NCBI GenBank assembly: GCA_009914755.4
Contig: CP068257.2
Span: 15,712,001 to 15,776,000 of the forward strand
Length of the DNA stretch: 64,000 nucleotides
Direction: 5' to 3'
Origin: the human T2T-CHM13v2.0 reference genome, Homo sapiens
Shown one piece after another: positions 59,021-64,000 of the stretch. The notes under the pieces were generated by a model, which saw only the letters and a list, made by a program, of their open reading frames with translations, was not told where the DNA came from and ran no database searches. The position numbers and the translations under genes are program-made. Position 1 is the first letter of the stretch. Every line of letters begins with the position of its first letter.

Positions 59021-60197
59021 TGTAAGTAGTTAAGAACATCTTTGTGAGTAAATCATTTCATTGCTCATTTACAGCAGGAGATCTGGTATCATGCGGCTAC
59101 AATTTACGATATATGCAGCTGATTGACATACAGACACGGTGCTAAATGAGATGAAGTAAAGCAAACCAGTAGGGCAGGATGGAAGTGTCAAAACTGATTG
59201 GCCGGTATCAATTTTCAAAATGTGTGGTCAGTATTCCTGGAGGCCAAATCCACTGGGTGGCTTGTTTCCAAAATAACAGTATAACCTTCTTAAGAAACTG
59301 TTTTATTGTATAAAACTACTGCATTAGGAAAAGTTAGTCACTGTGTTTACTTCATTCTTCTGCTAACAAAAGATAAATTATTTATTTTTTTAGATGATAA
59401 GGAAATCTTAAATGCTGTTCTCAGCTGAGAGAGGCTGAGAGAACATCGGGCCAGTTACTCCCACAACATACTTCTGAGAGTACAGAACTCCCATGTGATC
59501 TAGGATTGCTCTTGTCTGGCCTTGTTATTTCCAAATTATGTTGTCCCTGTCTCTGTTAAGGGATGACATGAGTTGAGCTTTAGATCTTGAAGTAAGGTTC
59601 ATCTCCGTTTCTGAATATCATGTGAGAAACAAATGTAAAATGTAAAGCTTTCTCCTCATTTCATTCCAAATCCTGGTAGTGAGGAACTGGGAAGGGAAAG
59701 GAGGAAGGTAACAGTTTTTGAGTCCATATTATGTGCCAGGCAAGGCTTCGAGATTGCAGCTTCCCCCAGGATGGAGATAGTATCTTATTGAACTTTAATA
59801 TCTAGCACAGTTTCTGACACGTAGGCAGGTGCTCAATGAATACTTATTGACTGAAACAATCTAAATCCATTTCAGATATAATCTCATTTAATCCTCACAA
59901 CCACCTCGAATTTGGAAATACTTTCTTCATTTAACAGAGAGGTTGAGTAAATTGCCTCAGGTCACACTGAAAGGCCTGGATTACAAACTAAGGATGTAAA
60001 AATCAAAGGGCATCTCAAAGTCATCCAGAAAAATGCAACTTTTTGTGTTAATCTGTCTAGGAGCTGGGGTAGAAAAAAGAAAAATGCTGCTTTTTATAGA
60101 TGAAACAAAACATTCATTGAATTTTAGTGACTTTTTTGTTTCACAACACATTGCTGTAAAAGTGAAAATCAAGACAAACATACACAGTCTTTCTTAA

Positions 60198-60580
<383 letters not shown>

Positions 60581-60740
60581 TCAATTCAATTTTTACTGAA
60601 TCACTGCTAGAATCAGTGATTATTTCATCATAATTTTCCTGCAATGTGGCAGGAACAAAAATGTCTGGGTGATAGATCTGGCAGCTCTGAATCCCAGCAT
60701 GTGGTGAAGTTAAAAGATGGCATCAGAAATCATAAAATAG

Positions 60741-60890
60741 GCCGAGCGCGGTGGCTCATGCCTGTAATTCCGCACTTTTGGGAGGCTGAGGCAGGTGGAT
60801 CACCTGAGATCAGGAGTTCGACACCAGCCTGGTCAGCATGGTGAAACCCTGTCTCTACTAAAAATACGAAAGTTAGCCGGGCTTGGTGGA
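60741..60890 (+). mobile_element. Alu SINE, 3'-truncated (first 150 nt or so only)
   Basis: The sequence ggccgagcgcggtggctcatgcctgtaattccgcacttttgggaggctgaggcaggtggatcacctgagatcaggagttcgacaccagcctggtcagcatggtgaaaccctgtctctactaaaaatacgaaagttagccgggcttggtgg stops abruptly before unique sequence (acatatgatataac). There is no right-monomer remainder and no poly-A. Confidence 0.8.
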
Positions 60891-61345
60891 CATATGATAT
60901 AACAAATAACTCCATACAAACTAGAAAGAAGAAGAAGGATATTGATAAAGAAACAAGAGCAGGAGCAAACAACAAAGTCACAAAAGGTCTTGATGTAGAA
61001 AGGTAACCATGAGGAACTCCGTAGGGTGGTTGCATGGAATATGTGGGATGAAATGGTAGGATATAATATTGGAACTGCAGATTATTGGATGTGAAGGGCT
61101 CCATTCACATCCACTTGTTAAAACAATAATGACGATTCTTTTAAATTTTTGTGCCAAGTATGCAGAAGAAGACCCAAGTGCACTGGCAGACCCATGGCAT
61201 CAGTACACATCTGCTATTGGCTCACTTCCTCTAATCTCCAGGGGCTTTTTCCCAACCTTCTGGTTCCTTCTCTGTCACTGACCATTATAGAAGGAAAATG
61301 AATCCAATAATTAAATCTTGACCCAAACTCAAAACAAATAATTTC

Positions 61346-61667
61346 TTTGTGATTTTTTTGTTTGCTTTTTTTTTTTTTTTTTTTTTTTTGAGACGGACTC
61401 TTGCTCTGTTACCCAGGCTGGAGTGCAGTGGCGCAATCTCGGCTCACTGCAACCTCCGCCTCCCAGTGCAAGCAATTCTCCTGCCTCAGCCTCCCAAGCA
61501 GCTGGGACTACAAGCATGTGCCACCATACCTTGCTAATTTTTGTATTTTTAGTAGAGATGGGGTTTCACCATATTGGCCAGGCTGGTCTCGAACTCGTGA
61601 CCTTGTGATCCACCCGCCTTGGCCTCCCAAAGTGCTGGGATTACAGGCATGAGCCACCACGCCCAGC
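61346..61667 (-). mobile_element. Alu SINE with a perfect 15-bp TSD
   Basis: An interrupted poly-T (tttgtgatttttttgtttgctttttttttttt...) is followed by gagacggactcttgctctgttacccaggctggagtgcagtggcgcaatctcggc and ends ggcatgagccaccacgcccagcc. The target-site duplication aaaacaaataatttc is present at 61331-61345 and 61668-61682. Confidence 0.9.
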
Positions 61668-63894
61668 CAAAACAAATAATTTCAACAGCATAAAAACATT
61701 TTATTCTCCTAGTGTTGTAACGAGGTAAGCATTTTCATATCTGAATGAACCTCCCTTCTTCCCGTGATAGGAAGAGTTGATGTACAAGAATTTGATTAAA
61801 AAAAAATACACAGGAGAGGTTATGTTCAGCCTGCAGGTTAACAAGATGGGTGGATAGGATAGAACCCTAAAGCATAATTAAAACAGCTTAGGTAATTGTT
61901 TTTAAACCAAGCTTTGAGAACTAAAAATGAAATTTCATATTAAGAATATTCATGTGTTTTTCTGAACACTGCTAGAACCAGTGATTATTTTTGAATAGGT
62001 AATATAAATTATAATGTTGCCTAATAGCTGAGAGGCTTTTGGGCCAAATACTCCCACCGCATATATTTCCTAAGAGCATGGAAGTCCCACAAGCCTATGT
62101 GTACCTAACAATGGCATGTGTACGTGACATCATAATTTCACTTATCAAGGGAGGAAATGAGTCACACCTGAAGTTGTGTCATGTCATTGAAGCCAAACAA
62201 TCTGTCAATTTCAAAATTGGGGATGCAGTTTATTTCACAAAGAGTGTGTAGGCTAAAAATGTACGTCCTCTTCTAGTCTACTGAAGCAAGAGAAGACAGA
62301 TACCTTCTGCTGGTCCACCTCCAAATCTAGTTCTTCATCTTGAGGGATTTGTGTTACTTCAAAACAGCAGAACAATTCTTTCTGCCAGAATGTTCTCTTC
62401 AGCCATGGGTATGCTTCTAGGATTTCATTTCCTGATATTGTCCTTCTCCTCTTTTCGGGCAGGTGCACCTGAGTTTCAAATATTTCACATGCCTAAGTTG
62501 GTGCAGGTAAACTACATTCTTTTCCTTTTGCTTTCTGATCCAGTTATTTCATTTCCTAGCACATTCTTCTATATTTGGCCTTATGGAGCATCTGCCAATG
62601 AGAAACAAATGTCTGCCAAAAGCATCTGTGCTCCGAACAACCTTTGTCCATTCTTATTTCCTCTGTTTGGATAATTCCACCTACGTTTAATCCTCTCATC
62701 AGCCTATCGTTCATCTCAAACCTGATTTCTATTTATTTTTGTCCTGGCTAGCTCCTCTTTAGTGCGTATTATCCTACCTTTTCCGGGGGTCTGCAAACTT
62801 TCTAAGCATTATCCCTAATAACAAATACTTTAGAAACTTTCCTACTTACCACAAATGTATCATTTTGAGAATCACGTAATAGGGGCTAATGGATTCTGTG
62901 CTAAATTTCCAAGCCTTCTCCTGTCTCAAGTCTGTCCATATTATCTAAACCCTCCTTGTATATAGCTTTTTCAGCCTTTGAGGCTGGTTCCCCACTGATT
63001 ATTATTTGCTATCTGGAGCTTTCAGAGGCACATCTCAAAACTCGCCAAGTTCCTTGTTTCATCTAGTAAAGTCAGTGTAATATTACATCTATAATCTTGC
63101 CTCTCTTCTGTTATTGGAGATCTTCCAGGAATATTTCTTATTATTTCCCCATCTTTGAAAGAAGTTAGGTCAAATTAAACAGAAAAAGGAATTTATTGGA
63201 GGTACACTTGGTTGTCCACATCTTCAGGAAGACTAGAGAACTACATTCAGAATAGGCATTAAAAAGAGGAGGCTACGCCACCAAAACCACAGCCAAAACC
63301 AAGCCACAGAACAAATCCAGTGAGGATACCACTGCATCACAGAGCCACTGTGGAGACCATCCATACTGCCAGCATTGACCCTGGCCCTACCACTGTCTTG
63401 GTTGCCAGCATGCAGCCCAACACCCCACAGCCAGAAAGATGTCCCCACTGCTTTTGACCCTTGGTTTCTGTCTCCAGGTCTGAGACTCATGGGTCTGATT
63501 GTCACACCTAAGTCATGGGTTCAGGCCCCAGCTTCAGGGGAGGTTGAGAGGTAAGTTTCAAGTCTATTCAGATTTTACAGTGGAAGATGAACTCTGCCTC
63601 CCAGCAAGACCAATAGTATAGATATTCCAAATGTAAGAAAGGAATTCAGATAACAGACAAACGGTAGGGGAAGTCTATTATGTTTTGACTGCTGTCATCT
63701 GCCTTATGGCATAGCCAGTAGACAACTCATCTGTGTGTTGCACTATAGCTAGGGCCCTTACAGGAAATATGTCTTTTCACTTTCCTTCATCTAGCACGGC
63801 AGTTTCCAAGCCGTGCTCTGAGGTACCCCGACCCCCACCAGGTGCCACAGAGAACTCAGAAGACCCAGCAGCATATTTTAAATTTTCAAGGACA

Positions 63895-64000
63895 GGCTGG
63901 GTGCGGTGGCTCAAGCCTGTAATCCCAGCACTTTGGGAGGTCGAAGCAGGCACATCACTTGAGGTCAAGAGATCGAGACCAGCTTGGCCAACACGGTGAA
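63895..64000 (+). mobile_element. Alu SINE (5' part, runs off the window end)
   Basis: The sequence reads ggctgggtgcggtggctcaagcctgtaatcccagcactttgggaggtcgaagcaggcacatcacttgaggtcaagagatcgagaccagcttggccaacacggtgaa. Confidence 0.8.

Overview
This window reads as primate (hominoid, most likely human) nuclear DNA from an AT-rich, gene-poor intronic or intergenic region. I could not support any single-copy protein-coding exon, tRNA, rRNA or CRISPR array from the sequence. By eye, about half of the window is interspersed repeat.

The main structure is an L1 cluster of about 12 kb at 16366-28455. An older, 5'-truncated L1PA-type element has a younger, essentially full-length L1 inserted in sense into its ORF2. 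The younger element spans 18952-24887 and is L1PA2/PA3-like. It has recognisable target-site duplications, an intact 338-aa ORF1, and an ORF2 broken by only one 1-bp deletion and one nonsense codon. Its antisense ORF0 is truncated by a CGA>TGA change, and its 3'UTR stops abnormally at the polypurine tract.

The rest of the window contains more than 35 Alu copies, several of them as closely spaced inverted pairs, one head-to-head with a 21-bp spacer. It also contains about 10 MaLR-type LTRs (THE1/MST/MLT1-like), two of them as head-to-head inverted pairs, and one palindromic MITE-like DNA element. Two purine-only microsatellites of about 300 bp each, (GAAA)n/(GGAA)n, have grown out of Alu tails and include a run of about ten uninterrupted GGAA units. 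Other simple repeats are (AC)23, (TG)n, (TA)n, (GAA)n and several poly-T runs longer than 30 nt.

I found no novel biological system. The findings below are structural oddities of the repeats and how they could be checked. All family assignments come from remembered consensus sequences, not from a database search.
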